Positions 19,618 through 29,542 of a stretch of 64,000 bases of DNA are shown here, in pieces. Location of the stretch: positions 102,741 through 166,740 of the forward strand of contig CAZSDU010000001.1 in NCBI GenBank assembly GCA_964605775.1, read 5' to 3'. The notes under the pieces were generated by a model. That model was not told the origin of the DNA and did no database searches. It worked only from the letters and a program-made list of their open reading frames with translations. Position 1 is the stretch's first letter. Every line of letters begins with the position of its first letter. The translations under genes and the position numbers were made by a program. The stretch comes from an uncultured Prolixibacteraceae bacterium (lineage in GTDB: Bacteria > Bacteroidota > Bacteroidia > Bacteroidales > FEN-979).

Positions 19618-20940
19618 GTGTTAATCAATGTATTCAAATTCGGAGGGGCATCGGTAAAAGGTGCAAAGGGCGTGAAAAACGTAGCCGACATCCTGGAGGA
19701 TCAGGGTGACAAACCTATTGTGGCAGTCATTTCGGCCATGGGTAAAACCACCAATGCGCTTGAAACTTTACTGGGACATTTTCTTTGCGGGGATTCGGTA
19801 TCCATGGTGGAAACCTATCATCGGATCAAGGATTTCCATTTCAACCTGCTGGAGGAACTTTTTCCGGTCAGGGATCATCCGGTCTTCTCAGAAGTTGAGG
19901 TTCTTTTCCAGCATTTAAGGGTTTATCTGGCAAGGAAAAGACTGGTAAACGAGAGCGCATACAATTATGATTTCGAATATGATCAGATCGTGGTTTTTGG
20001 TGAACTGATCTCTTGCTGTATTGTTTTTCACTTTCTGCTTCTCAGGGGGCTTTCCGTTGCCATTCAGGATGCCCGTGACCTCATCAGAACCGACAGTACT
20101 TACAGGGATGCAAATGTGGATTGGAAGCTGACCAAAAAGCTGATCAGGGAGAACATTCAATCCACTCTTCACGGTGGTTCAAATCCGGTGAATATTGTTC
20201 TGACCCAGGGTTTTATCGGCAGGGACTCCAAGGGATATTCCACGACCCTGGGCAGGGAGGGTTCTGATTTCTCGGCTGCTATTTTCGCCTTTTCTTTGCA
20301 ATCGAAAGAAGTCACCATATGGAAGGATGTACCCGGGGTCATGAATGCCGATCCGAAATGGATGAAACAAGCCCGTAAGCTGGACCTTCTCTCCTATCGC
20401 GAAGCCATTGAGCTGGCGTATTTCGGAGCATCCATCATTCATCCCAAGACCATCAAACCCCTGGAAAATGCAAATATCCGTCTGAGGGTAAAATCTTTTC
20501 TCCATCCGGAGGAAGAAGGAACCCTGATAGAAAACTTAGATACCTGGGAAATACACTGCCCTATTTTTATCCGAAAAAAAAATCAGGTACTGGTTTCTGT
20601 TTCTCCCAAGGACTTTTCCTTTATTCAGGAGGAAAACCTGAGTCAGATCTTTGCCATCCTGACGACCTTAAGGGTGAAGGTGAATGTCATGCAGAATTCT
20701 GCAATTTCATTTTCAATTTGTGTTGATGGCAGCCATCAGTCGTTGCCGGAATTGATCGCTGCCCTGAAAAAAAAGTATAAGGTGAGGTATAACGATGGGC
20801 TTGAACTGATCACCATACGACATTATCATTCCCGGGATATTCAAAGAATTACACGAAACAGAAAAGTGTTTCTGGAACAAAAGACCAGAAACACCGTACA
20901 TTTGGTTGTATCCACTCCTACGTCTCCCCTCCTGGTCTGA
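19618..20940 (+). CDS. lysC: aspartate kinase
   Basis: VFKFGGASV, VISAMGKTTN, TLGREGSDFSAA, WKDVPGVMNADP, C-terminal ACT. Confidence 0.93.
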   Translation: MLINVFKFGGASVKGAKGVKNVADILEDQGDKPIVAVISAMGKTTNALETLLGHFLCGDSVSMVETYHRIKDFHFNLLEELFPVRDHPVFSEVEVLFQHLRVYLARKRLVNESAYNYDFEYDQIVVFGELISCCIVFHFLLLRGLSVAIQDARDLIRTDSTYRDANVDWKLTKKLIRENIQSTLHGGSNPVNIVLTQGFIGRDSKGYSTTLGREGSDFSAAIFAFSLQSKEVTIWKDVPGVMNADPKWMKQARKLDLLSYREAIELAYFGASIIHPKTIKPLENANIRLRVKSFLHPEEEGTLIENLDTWEIHCPIFIRKKNQVLVSVSPKDFSFIQEENLSQIFAILTTLRVKVNVMQNSAISFSICVDGSHQSLPELIAALKKKYKVRYNDGLELITIRHYHSRDIQRITRNRKVFLEQKTRNTVHLVVSTPTSPLLV

Positions 20941-20953
20941 GCAGTAAGGCAAC

Positions 20954-22189
20954 CTATTCCGGCAACACTACAGGAAAATTGTAACGAAATTCGCCGAATT
21001 GAGGCTGTTCAAGGATCTGAGTAAGAAAATCCATATAGGCGGGAGTAAATGAAAATTTATTGATATCGTAATAATCTTCAGAAAGGGGTTTGTTCCCCAC
21101 TGCTCCCATGTCAATGGAAACCGTGTTAAATTCTTCGAGTTCAACCAGTGGAACGATTTTCTTTATTACCGGCATCTGTCCATAATCTTCGCGAAGGAGC
21201 AGGTCAACCACTTTATCGGCCAGGGTTGTGGTAAGCCTGCGGTCGTAATGACGGCAATGGCCGGAACGGGCAAAATATCCGCTGATCTGTGCCCTGGCTT
21301 CAATGCCCAGCTTTTTAGAAATTTCTGAAGCCACTACCCCGCTGACACCTCCGAAACGGGGATGACCGTATTCATCGACTTCTGAGCTGGCATAGACCAT
21401 GTCGACCTTTCCTGATTTTTCATCATACCATCGGATGCCTTCTGAAACCGGAATGACGAGACATTTCTTTTTAGAATTCATATAAGCCTCTTTGACTGTT
21501 TCCAAAAAGACTTCTTTCCTTTCTTTCGTGATCTCAAATTCGGGGATCAGTCCGAGAGATGCTCCTCCAAAAATGGCAGAGCCGGTCAGCCAGCCGGCAT
21601 CCCGTCCCATGACCTCCATCACGATGATACGGGAATGTGATTCTGCCGTAGTTCTTAAAGTGGCGGTAAATTCCATGACAGAGCGGGCGGCAGAGGGGAA
21701 ACCCGGACAAAGTACGGCTTCTATTTCCTTCCCCTGATAATGATGCATGGTGCGCGTCCTCAAATCATTATCAATGGTTTTCGGAAATCCGATCACCGGA
21801 ATGCCTTCGGTTTCAAACAAGCGTTTGGCGGCTCCATTGGTATCGTCTCCACCGATTGAAACAAGGACGTCAATTTTATAGCGCTCGAAATTTTTCAGGA
21901 CCTGGGGAACCCGGCTTTCCGGATTCTTTTTTGAAGGGAAGGGATTGGTACGGCTTGAACGTAGGGCCGTTCCTCCATAATACCCATCATAAGGCTGATT
22001 GGTAAGGTCAACGATATTCCCGTTTCCCAGCAGGCCTTTCCATCCCTGCAATACGCCCAGCACCCTGAAACCAAGCAGGGAAGCCCTGTTTCTTATTGCT
22101 TCTATACTGGAATTGATGGCCGGAGTATCGCCTCCGCCAGATAAAATAGCTAAAGTTTTGCCGTTAAATAGCTTGTGATCCTGTTTCAT
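20954..22189 (-). CDS. 6-phosphofructokinase, PPi-dependent signature
   Basis: SGGGDTPAIN, GGDDT, PKTIDND, EVMGRDAGWL. Confidence 0.88.
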   Translation of the reverse strand: MKQDHKLFNGKTLAILSGGGDTPAINSSIEAIRNRASLLGFRVLGVLQGWKGLLGNGNIVDLTNQPYDGYYGGTALRSSRTNPFPSKKNPESRVPQVLKNFERYKIDVLVSIGGDDTNGAAKRLFETEGIPVIGFPKTIDNDLRTRTMHHYQGKEIEAVLCPGFPSAARSVMEFTATLRTTAESHSRIIVMEVMGRDAGWLTGSAIFGGASLGLIPEFEITKERKEVFLETVKEAYMNSKKKCLVIPVSEGIRWYDEKSGKVDMVYASSEVDEYGHPRFGGVSGVVASEISKKLGIEARAQISGYFARSGHCRHYDRRLTTTLADKVVDLLLREDYGQMPVIKKIVPLVELEEFNTVSIDMGAVGNKPLSEDYYDINKFSFTPAYMDFLTQILEQPQFGEFRYNFPVVLPE

Positions 22190-22253
22190 AATTCAAAATA
22201 ATTTAAGGCAAAGCTAAAAGAAAATAGTGAAATAATGATGTCCCGGGTATGGA

Positions 22254-23186
22254 TTACAAGTCAAGAATTTTTTGAACCAGGACTTCAGCAAGTCTGATGT
22301 TGGATTCTACCGTCCAACCGGCGATATGTGGTGAGAGGATGACATTTTCTGATTGTACGAGGTATTGAAAATCATCCGGAAGCCGTTCTTTCATGGCTTC
22401 TAATGTAGAGTCCTCATATTCCAGAACATCCAGTGCCGCACCCAGCACTTTGCCTGATTTCATATTCCTGACCAGATCGGCGGTGTTTACCACACTTCCG
22501 CGGGAGGTATTGATCAGCATGACAGGTTTTCTGAAATGCTGCAGGAAGGAGTGATTGACGAGGTAATGCGTTTCCCGGGTAAGCGGGACATGAAGGCTTA
22601 ATATATCACAGTTCTCAAAGACTTTTTCCAGGGTCGATTCTCTGACAAATTCATCAGCATAATCGGTTTTATATTTATCATATGCCAGAACTTCGGCTTC
22701 AAACCCTTTCAATCGTTGGGCAAATGCACTGCCCATGTTGCCATAACCGATGATGCAGATTGTTTTCCCCTTGATCTCTCTGCCCCGGTTTTCTTCTCTT
22801 TTCCACAATCCCTGGCGTACCTGGCGATCGGCTCTTGGCAGATGGTTCAGAAGTGCAAGGAGCATGCCCAAAGTATGTTCTCCGACAGCATCGCGATTGC
22901 CTTCCGGAGAATTCAGGCAGCAGATATTCCTGCTTATGGCATATTCCACATCAATGTTTTCCATTCCCGAGCCAACCCTGCCGATAAATTTCAAACGTTT
23001 GGCTTTCTGAAGGATTTCCTTGTCAAGAATGATCTTACTCCGGATGATCAATCCTTCATAATCTCCGATGATCCGCTCATACTCCTCACGATGATATTCC
23101 GGGAAATAATCGCAGCCATAACCCCTGGCCGAAAGCCGCTCCCGGATCAGGGGATGAACGGAATCAATGAAAAGGACTTTCTTCAT
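22254..23186 (-). CDS. D-2-hydroxyacid dehydrogenase (SerA-like)
   Basis: RVGSGMENID, IIGYGNMG, INTSRG, LDVLEYE, SPHIAGWT. Confidence 0.88.
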   Translation of the reverse strand: MKKVLFIDSVHPLIRERLSARGYGCDYFPEYHREEYERIIGDYEGLIIRSKIILDKEILQKAKRLKFIGRVGSGMENIDVEYAISRNICCLNSPEGNRDAVGEHTLGMLLALLNHLPRADRQVRQGLWKREENRGREIKGKTICIIGYGNMGSAFAQRLKGFEAEVLAYDKYKTDYADEFVRESTLEKVFENCDILSLHVPLTRETHYLVNHSFLQHFRKPVMLINTSRGSVVNTADLVRNMKSGKVLGAALDVLEYEDSTLEAMKERLPDDFQYLVQSENVILSPHIAGWTVESNIRLAEVLVQKILDL

Positions 23187-23194
23187 ATGGTGAC

Positions 23195-23202
23195 AAAGTT
23201 AC
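23195..23202 (-). promoter_or_regulatory. -7 element (TAACTTTG) of the dehydrogenase; a divergent TAATTTCG variant at 23216-23223 serves the MMPL gene
   Basis: TAnnTTTG match in a 57-bp divergent spacer. Confidence 0.45.
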
Positions 23203-23243
23203 CAAGGATTTTCGTAATTTCGCTGTTCTAAATTTTTGTTATT

Positions 23244-25595
23244 GTGTGGAATTTTCTGGTTAGGTTGATTTTAAGAAACCGCATTACGATTCTGATACTG
23301 GTAGGGCTGATCACCTCCTTCATGGGTTACAAAGCCCTGGATGTCAAACTTCAATATGAAAGCAGCAGTATTCTTCCTGCCTCCGATTCAACGAATATCG
23401 TCTATCAAAGTTTCATCAAGCAATTCGGGGAGGACGGAACCATCATGTTTCTGGGTATTGTTGACAGCAATCTTTTTCGCCTGTCAAAATTCAATGATTA
23501 TTATGATCTGGCAGATTCCCTGAAAAAAATCAAGGGGGTCCAGGAGATCGTGTCCATCACCCGCCTCTATCGACTGGTTAAAAATGACTCCCTTAAAAGA
23601 TTTGAATTCCAGCCGGTTTGTCCCCGGAAACCGGTTACCCAAAGCGAACTTGATTCCATCAAGGGGCTGATCTATTCGTTACCTTTTTATGAAGGTCTGG
23701 TTTACAATAAGCATACTTCAGCCACACTGCTTGCACTCACCCTCGATAAGAAGACCATAAATTCCAAAGAGCGTCTCAGGCTAATTCTGGAAATCAAAGC
23801 CATGGTCGATCGTTTTGCCAAGAAAGACCAGGTGGAAGTTCATTTCTCCGGACTGCCTTATATCCGTACCCTGGTAGCCAAAATGCTGGAAAACGAGATG
23901 CGGTTATTCATGGTTCTGGCCATTCTGATCTCCGCGGTTTTTCTATTTATCTTTTTCCGTTCTGCAAAAGCGGTCATTTTTCCTATTCTGATCGTGATCA
24001 TCAGTGTGATCTGGGCACTTGGCTTTATGTCGTTGTTCGGATATAAAATCACCATGCTTACGGCTATCATACCGCCTTTACTGATCGTAATCGGCGTAGA
24101 GAACTGCATTTTTATCCTGAACAAATATCACTACGAATTCAGTCATCACCGCAACCAGGCCAAATCCCTTTCCAGGGTGATCCAGCGTATCGGGATGGCC
24201 AACCTGCTCACGAATGCAGCCACTGCCACCGGTTTTGCCGCGTTTACCATCACCAATAACAAACTGCTGGTAGAATTCGGTCTCATCGCGGCCATTAACA
24301 TCATGGTGGTGTATGTGCTTTCACTTACCCTGGTTCCGATTTTCTTCAGCTTTTTACCTCCACCCAAAGGTCGGCATACCAAGCACATCCAGGACAGCCT
24401 GGCAAAATCGTTTATTGATAAAGCTGTTTTCTGGGTTACCCATTACCGTAACCCCATCTATATTTTCATGGGTATAATCATCGTGGTGGCTATCATCGGG
24501 GCATTCCGGCTCAAAACAAGCGGAACCATCGTAGATGACATTTCGAAACGGGATCCGATTTATAAAGACATGCTCTTTTTTGAGCGACACTTTAAAGGGA
24601 TCATGCCCCTTGAAATCACCATTGATACAAAAAAGAAAAAAGGGGTTATGCAATTGACTACCCTGAAAAAAATCGACCGTTTACAGGACAGCCTCAGCAC
24701 CTTCACTGAATTGTCGAAAGCTTTATCCATCGTGGAAGTGGTTAAAACAGCCCGACAGGCTTTTTACCAGGGTGACCCGGAATATTACGCCCTGCCTGAC
24801 AACAACGAACTTGCCTTTATGGCCGATTACCTGCCTCAGTTTAAATCGAACAAACGTACCCTCATTAATAATTTCCTCGACACCAATCTCCAGGTAACCC
24901 GTGTGAGTGTGCAAATGGCCAATGTCGGAACAAAAAAGATCGATAGTATCCAGAAAAAACTCAGACCTGTCATTGATTCTATCTTTAATCCTCAGAAATA
25001 TAAAGTAGAAGTCACGGGTACCAGTGTGGTATTTTTAAAAGGCACCAATTTTCTGATCCGTAACCTCTGGGAAAGTATTGCCCTTGCCGTGGTTGTAATC
25101 GCCATTCTGCTTGCCTTTCTGTTCGCTTCCTGGAGGATGATCCTGATTTCCATGATCCCCAACCTGATTCCGCAATTGATGACCGGCGCCTTGATGGGTT
25201 TTTTGGGCATCCCCATCAAACCTTCAACCATTCTGATATTCAGCATTGCCCTGGGGATTTCCGTGGATAATTCAATTCAGTTCCTGTCGCGTTACCGTTT
25301 GCAATTGAAGCAAACCGGGCACAACATTCCTGCTTCCGTGGTCTCTGCCCTGAAAGAAACGGGTTATAGTATGATCTATTCCTCTACCGTGTTGTTTTTC
25401 GGCTTTGGAATTTTTGTCCTTTCTTCCTTCGGGGGTACGCAGGCGCTTGGATTCCTGGTTTCCTTCACCCTGCTGGTTGCAGGCTTGCTGAACATGTTCG
25501 TCTTGCCTTCCCTGCTTTTGACTTTAGATAAATGGAGTACCACCAAGGCTTTCGAAAAACCACTGGTAGAAATCTACGGCGATCCTGAAGATTAG
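23244..25595 (+). CDS. MMPL/RND family membrane transporter
   Basis: Two repeats of TM + periplasmic loop + 5 TM; IVIGVENCIF and ALGISVDNSIQF motifs. Confidence 0.9.
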   Translation: MWNFLVRLILRNRITILILVGLITSFMGYKALDVKLQYESSSILPASDSTNIVYQSFIKQFGEDGTIMFLGIVDSNLFRLSKFNDYYDLADSLKKIKGVQEIVSITRLYRLVKNDSLKRFEFQPVCPRKPVTQSELDSIKGLIYSLPFYEGLVYNKHTSATLLALTLDKKTINSKERLRLILEIKAMVDRFAKKDQVEVHFSGLPYIRTLVAKMLENEMRLFMVLAILISAVFLFIFFRSAKAVIFPILIVIISVIWALGFMSLFGYKITMLTAIIPPLLIVIGVENCIFILNKYHYEFSHHRNQAKSLSRVIQRIGMANLLTNAATATGFAAFTITNNKLLVEFGLIAAINIMVVYVLSLTLVPIFFSFLPPPKGRHTKHIQDSLAKSFIDKAVFWVTHYRNPIYIFMGIIIVVAIIGAFRLKTSGTIVDDISKRDPIYKDMLFFERHFKGIMPLEITIDTKKKKGVMQLTTLKKIDRLQDSLSTFTELSKALSIVEVVKTARQAFYQGDPEYYALPDNNELAFMADYLPQFKSNKRTLINNFLDTNLQVTRVSVQMANVGTKKIDSIQKKLRPVIDSIFNPQKYKVEVTGTSVVFLKGTNFLIRNLWESIALAVVVIAILLAFLFASWRMILISMIPNLIPQLMTGALMGFLGIPIKPSTILIFSIALGISVDNSIQFLSRYRLQLKQTGHNIPASVVSALKETGYSMIYSSTVLFFGFGIFVLSSFGGTQALGFLVSFTLLVAGLLNMFVLPSLLLTLDKWSTTKAFEKPLVEIYGDPED

Positions 25596-25638
25596 GATTA
25601 TTTTTTATTACTTTTATTGACTGTTAAATGTTCTGAAG

Positions 25639-26499
25639 ATGAAAGGAATCATTCTCGCAGGTGGCGCCGGTACAAGGCTACATCCTTTGACTTTGGCAGT
25701 GAGTAAACAACTGATGCCGGTTTACGACAAACCCATGATCTATTACCCCTTATCGGTGTTGATGATGGCCGGGATCAGGGAAGTACTGATCATTTCAACG
25801 CCTCATGATCTGCCAAATTTTCGTCAGTTGCTGGGGGATGGTCACGCGCTGGGATGTGAATTTTCCTATGCCGAACAAGTGATCCCTAACGGACTGGCAC
25901 AGGCTTTTGTGATCGGGGAATCCTTCATCGGGAAAGACAAAGTGGCCCTGATCCTTGGCGACAATATTTTTTATGGCAACGGATTGTCACAAATCGTGCA
26001 GGAAAACAACGACCCTGAAGGCGGAGTGGTTTTCGCCTATCACGTGAACGATCCGGAAAGATATGGCGTAGTGGAATTCGATGAGGACTTCAATGCCCTG
26101 TCCATTGAAGAAAAGCCGAAACAACCCAAGTCCAATTACGCTGTACCTGGTTTGTATTTCTATGATAATACCGTCATTGAAACCGCCAAAAACATACAGC
26201 CAAGCGCCCGCGGCGAATATGAGATCACCGATGTCAACCGGTTTTACCTGATGCAAAACAAACTCAAAGTAGGCGTTCTCAGCCGGGGTATCGCATGGCT
26301 TGACACCGGGACCTTTGAATCCCTGCTTCAGGCTGCCCAGTTCGTGGAAGTGGTACAAAATCGTCAGGGACTAAAGATCGGTTGCATCGAAGAAATCGCT
26401 TTTCGTATGAAATTCATCAGTAGAGAACAACTCCATGCCATCGCTCAGCCCCTTCTGAAAAGCGGGTATGGACAGTACCTTATTAACCTTCAGGATTAA
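25639..26499 (+). CDS. rfbA: glucose-1-phosphate thymidylyltransferase
   Basis: [47 protein letters not shown]. Confidence 0.97.
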   Translation: MKGIILAGGAGTRLHPLTLAVSKQLMPVYDKPMIYYPLSVLMMAGIREVLIISTPHDLPNFRQLLGDGHALGCEFSYAEQVIPNGLAQAFVIGESFIGKDKVALILGDNIFYGNGLSQIVQENNDPEGGVVFAYHVNDPERYGVVEFDEDFNALSIEEKPKQPKSNYAVPGLYFYDNTVIETAKNIQPSARGEYEITDVNRFYLMQNKLKVGVLSRGIAWLDTGTFESLLQAAQFVEVVQNRQGLKIGCIEEIAFRMKFISREQLHAIAQPLLKSGYGQYLINLQD

Positions 26500-26506
26500 A
26501 CCAGCC

Positions 26507-27481
26507 ATGCACACTGCCTCCCTCCTGCAGGAAAAAATACGGAAAGTTTTTATAGCGGAAAACTTTCTTTTTGATCCCCCCGAGCTGTATGCACCCATCG
26601 CCTATACTTTATCGCAGGGGGGAAAACGACTACGCCCCTTACTGACCCTGATGGCATGCGATCTTTTCGGAGAAAATCCGGAAAAGGCTGTATTTCCTGC
26701 CATGGGACTTGAAATTTTCCATAATTTCACCTTGTTGCATGATGACATCATGGACAATGCCCCTTTAAGGCGCGGACAACCCACGGTGCATAAAAAATGG
26801 GATAGCAATACCGCCATTCTTTCCGGGGATACCATGTTTGTGATGGCTTATGAATATATCACCCGAACCGAGCCGGATAAGTTACCCCGCGTCCTCGACC
26901 TGTTCAACACAACAGCAAGAGCTGTTTGCGAAGGTCAGCAATACGACATGAATTTCGAAACCTCTCCAGATATAAGCATTCCTGATTATCTGATGATGAT
27001 CCGCCTGAAAACGGCGGTGCTGATCGCCTGCAGCCTGAAACTCGGGGCCATCCTTTCCGGAGCTAACGAAGAAGACACTGAAAATATCTACTTTTTTGGT
27101 GAACACCTGGGAATGGCTTTTCAGCTTCAGGATGATTACCTCGATGCTTTCGGGGAGGTCAATAAATTTGGAAAAACAATCGGAGGGGATATTCTGACCC
27201 GGAAAAAAACCTATTTAACCCTTAAAGCGTTTGAGTTGTCCAGGGAAGATACCCTGATCCGCCTGACCCATTACTTTTCCGATCAGGAATTACCCTCTGC
27301 TGAAAAAGTTCAGAAAATCACTGAAATTTACAAATTGCTTAAAGTGGATGAAATGATCCAGGAGGAGATCCGGAAATATCTCGAAAAAAGTCTGACCTAC
27401 CTTCAAGCCATTCACCTTGACGATGATCGAAAAGCCGGGTTAAAGTCACTGGCTATGGAGATGATCGGCCGGGAAAAATAA
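26507..27481 (+). CDS. polyprenyl diphosphate synthase
   Basis: GGKRLRP, LLHDDIMD, GQQYD, KTA, FQLQDDYLD; start ATG at 26507. Confidence 0.92.
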   Translation: MHTASLLQEKIRKVFIAENFLFDPPELYAPIAYTLSQGGKRLRPLLTLMACDLFGENPEKAVFPAMGLEIFHNFTLLHDDIMDNAPLRRGQPTVHKKWDSNTAILSGDTMFVMAYEYITRTEPDKLPRVLDLFNTTARAVCEGQQYDMNFETSPDISIPDYLMMIRLKTAVLIACSLKLGAILSGANEEDTENIYFFGEHLGMAFQLQDDYLDAFGEVNKFGKTIGGDILTRKKTYLTLKAFELSREDTLIRLTHYFSDQELPSAEKVQKITEIYKLLKVDEMIQEEIRKYLEKSLTYLQAIHLDDDRKAGLKSLAMEMIGREK

Positions 27482-27484
27482 CAA

Positions 27485-27508
27485 CTCACCAACTCACAAA
27501 CTCAATAT
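27485..27508. repeat. degenerate 8-nt array (ctcacca-type) overlapping the ABC-F stop codon
   Basis: ctcaccaa ctcacaaa ctcaatat. Confidence 0.65.
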
Positions 27509-29434
27509 CTCCAACTCATAATGGAGGGTTTCCCAGTGATGCATTTCCGTTTTAAGGGCTTGCTTCAACTTTTCATATTCACAATATAAACTGCCGTCCT
27601 GGATTTGTTGTTGATATTTTACCGGATTTCCAAGCATTTCTTCCTTCAGCTTCATTTCTTTTTCAAGCTTCTCAATTTCCGCTTCGCTTTTCGTGATCTT
27701 CGTGTTAATTTTACGGATCTCCCGCTCATTTTCTTTCTTTTTTTCCCAGTTTATTTTATTGGTAGAAACCGTTTGTTCTTCCTTTGAGTTTATATTGGTC
27801 TGAAGCAGGTCAAACTCTGAAAGCGTGCGCATTTTCCTTTGCTCAAGAAAATCATAGATATCCCCAAGATACTCCTTGATTTTTCCATGGCGGAATTCAA
27901 AGACACGCTTAGTCAGGCCCTGCAGAAAATCACGGTCATGGGAAACGATGATCAGGGTGCCATCGTATTGAAGCAAAGCGTTCTTCAGTACATCTTTCGA
28001 GCGCATATCCAGGTGGTTGGTAGGCTCATCAAGGATGAGAAGATTGGCGGGGGTCAGCAAAAGCTTAGCCAGGGAAAGCCTCGACTTTTCCCCTCCGGAA
28101 AGCACTTTTACCTTTTTTTCAATGTCGTCGCCGCTGAATAAAAAACCTCCGAGGATACCTTTAATTCTTGCCCGGATATCGCCCACGGCAATATCGTCAA
28201 TGGTCTGAAAAACGGTTTTTTCCTGATCGAGGTAGTCCCCCTGATCCTGGGCGTAATAACCCATCACGATGTTATGTCCGTATTTCAGCTCCCCAGAGTA
28301 ATCCGACTTTCCATTAATGATTTTCGACAGGGTTGTTTTTCCCTCCCCGTTTTTTCCGACAAAGGCGATGCGGTCGTTTTTAATGATGGAAAATTCCAGC
28401 TCGTTCAATACCCGTTTCTGGGGATAATCCTTGCACAGATGTCTGGCTTCCAGTATGATTTTTCCGGAATGAGGGGCTTTGGGAAAGCGGAAATTGATCG
28501 CTGACTCATCCATGATGTCGATCTCCACCAGATCGATTTTTTCCAGCATTTTAATCCGTGATTGGACCTGTGCCGCTTTGGTGGCTTTTGAGCGGAACCT
28601 TTCAATGAAACGTTCCACCTGCCGGATTTGTCTTTGCTGATTGTTAAAAGTCGCCAACTGGCTCTCCATCCGTTCTTCCCGCATCAGGACATAGCCCGAG
28701 TAATTGGCTTTATAATCAAATATTTTTCCCAGGCTGATCTCGATGGTACGGCGGGTGACATTATCCAGGAAGGCCCGGTCGTGAGAAACCAGCATCACCG
28801 CGCTTGTACAGGAGGAAAGAAACCCTTCCAGCCATTGAATGGATTCAATATCCAGATGGTTGGTAGGCTCATCAAGCAGGATTAGGTCTGGTTTTTGCAA
28901 TAAGATTTTCGCGATCTCAACCCGCATTTGCCATCCGCTGCTGAAAGTCGAGAGACTGCGGTCCAATTCCTCTGATTCGAAACCCAATCCCAGCAGTATC
29001 TTTTCAATATCCACATGAACGGCCTGCCCCCCGAGCATATGATAGCGTTCAAGCGTATCGGCATGACGTTTTAATAATCGCTGATAATCTTCAGACTCAT
29101 AATCGCAGCGTATCCTGATTTCCTCTTCATCATGATGCAATTGTTCTTCCATTTCAATGATCTCCTGAAAAGCAGTCAGTGCTTCTTCCATCACAGTCTT
29201 TGTGCTTCGCGACTGAAGTTCCTGTGGCAGGTAGCCCACAGTGAATCCTTCCGGTAAAATGACCTCCCCTTCATCGGCTTTCTGCAAACCTTTAATAATT
29301 TTCAGCAAAGTAGATTTTCCTGCCCCATTTTTACCAACCAGACCTATACGGTCCTTTTCGTTGATAAAAAATGAAAGATGGTCAAAGAGAGATTCCCCTC
29401 CGAAAGCAACAGAAAGGTTGTTGATTGAGATCAT
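27494..29434 (-). CDS. ABC-F family ATP-binding protein
   Basis: Two ABC domains (GKNGAGKST, FSSGWQMR, LDEPTNHLD; GKNGEGKTT, LSGGEK), no TM segments, C-terminal coiled coil. Confidence 0.93.
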   Translation of the reverse strand: MISINNLSVAFGGESLFDHLSFFINEKDRIGLVGKNGAGKSTLLKIIKGLQKADEGEVILPEGFTVGYLPQELQSRSTKTVMEEALTAFQEIIEMEEQLHHDEEEIRIRCDYESEDYQRLLKRHADTLERYHMLGGQAVHVDIEKILLGLGFESEELDRSLSTFSSGWQMRVEIAKILLQKPDLILLDEPTNHLDIESIQWLEGFLSSCTSAVMLVSHDRAFLDNVTRRTIEISLGKIFDYKANYSGYVLMREERMESQLATFNNQQRQIRQVERFIERFRSKATKAAQVQSRIKMLEKIDLVEIDIMDESAINFRFPKAPHSGKIILEARHLCKDYPQKRVLNELEFSIIKNDRIAFVGKNGEGKTTLSKIINGKSDYSGELKYGHNIVMGYYAQDQGDYLDQEKTVFQTIDDIAVGDIRARIKGILGGFLFSGDDIEKKVKVLSGGEKSRLSLAKLLLTPANLLILDEPTNHLDMRSKDVLKNALLQYDGTLIIVSHDRDFLQGLTKRVFEFRHGKIKEYLGDIYDFLEQRKMRTLSEFDLLQTNINSKEEQTVSTNKINWEKKKENEREIRKINTKITKSEAEIEKLEKEMKLKEEMLGNPVKYQQQIQDGSLYCEYEKLKQALKTEMHHWETLHYELEILSL

Positions 29435-29496
29435 GGAACAAAGATACGAAAAGTCACCTCCCTACCAGTAGGGATGGGCCGGGGGTGGGTACAACA

Positions 29497-29526
29497 AAAA
29501 AAGGCCGGGGAAACCCGGCCTTTTTT
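29497..29526 (-). terminator. intrinsic terminator of T9SS gene 1
   Basis: A-tract-ggccggg-gaaa-cccggcc-T-tract. Confidence 0.85.
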
Positions 29527-29542
29527 AATATCCAATGAAGGA

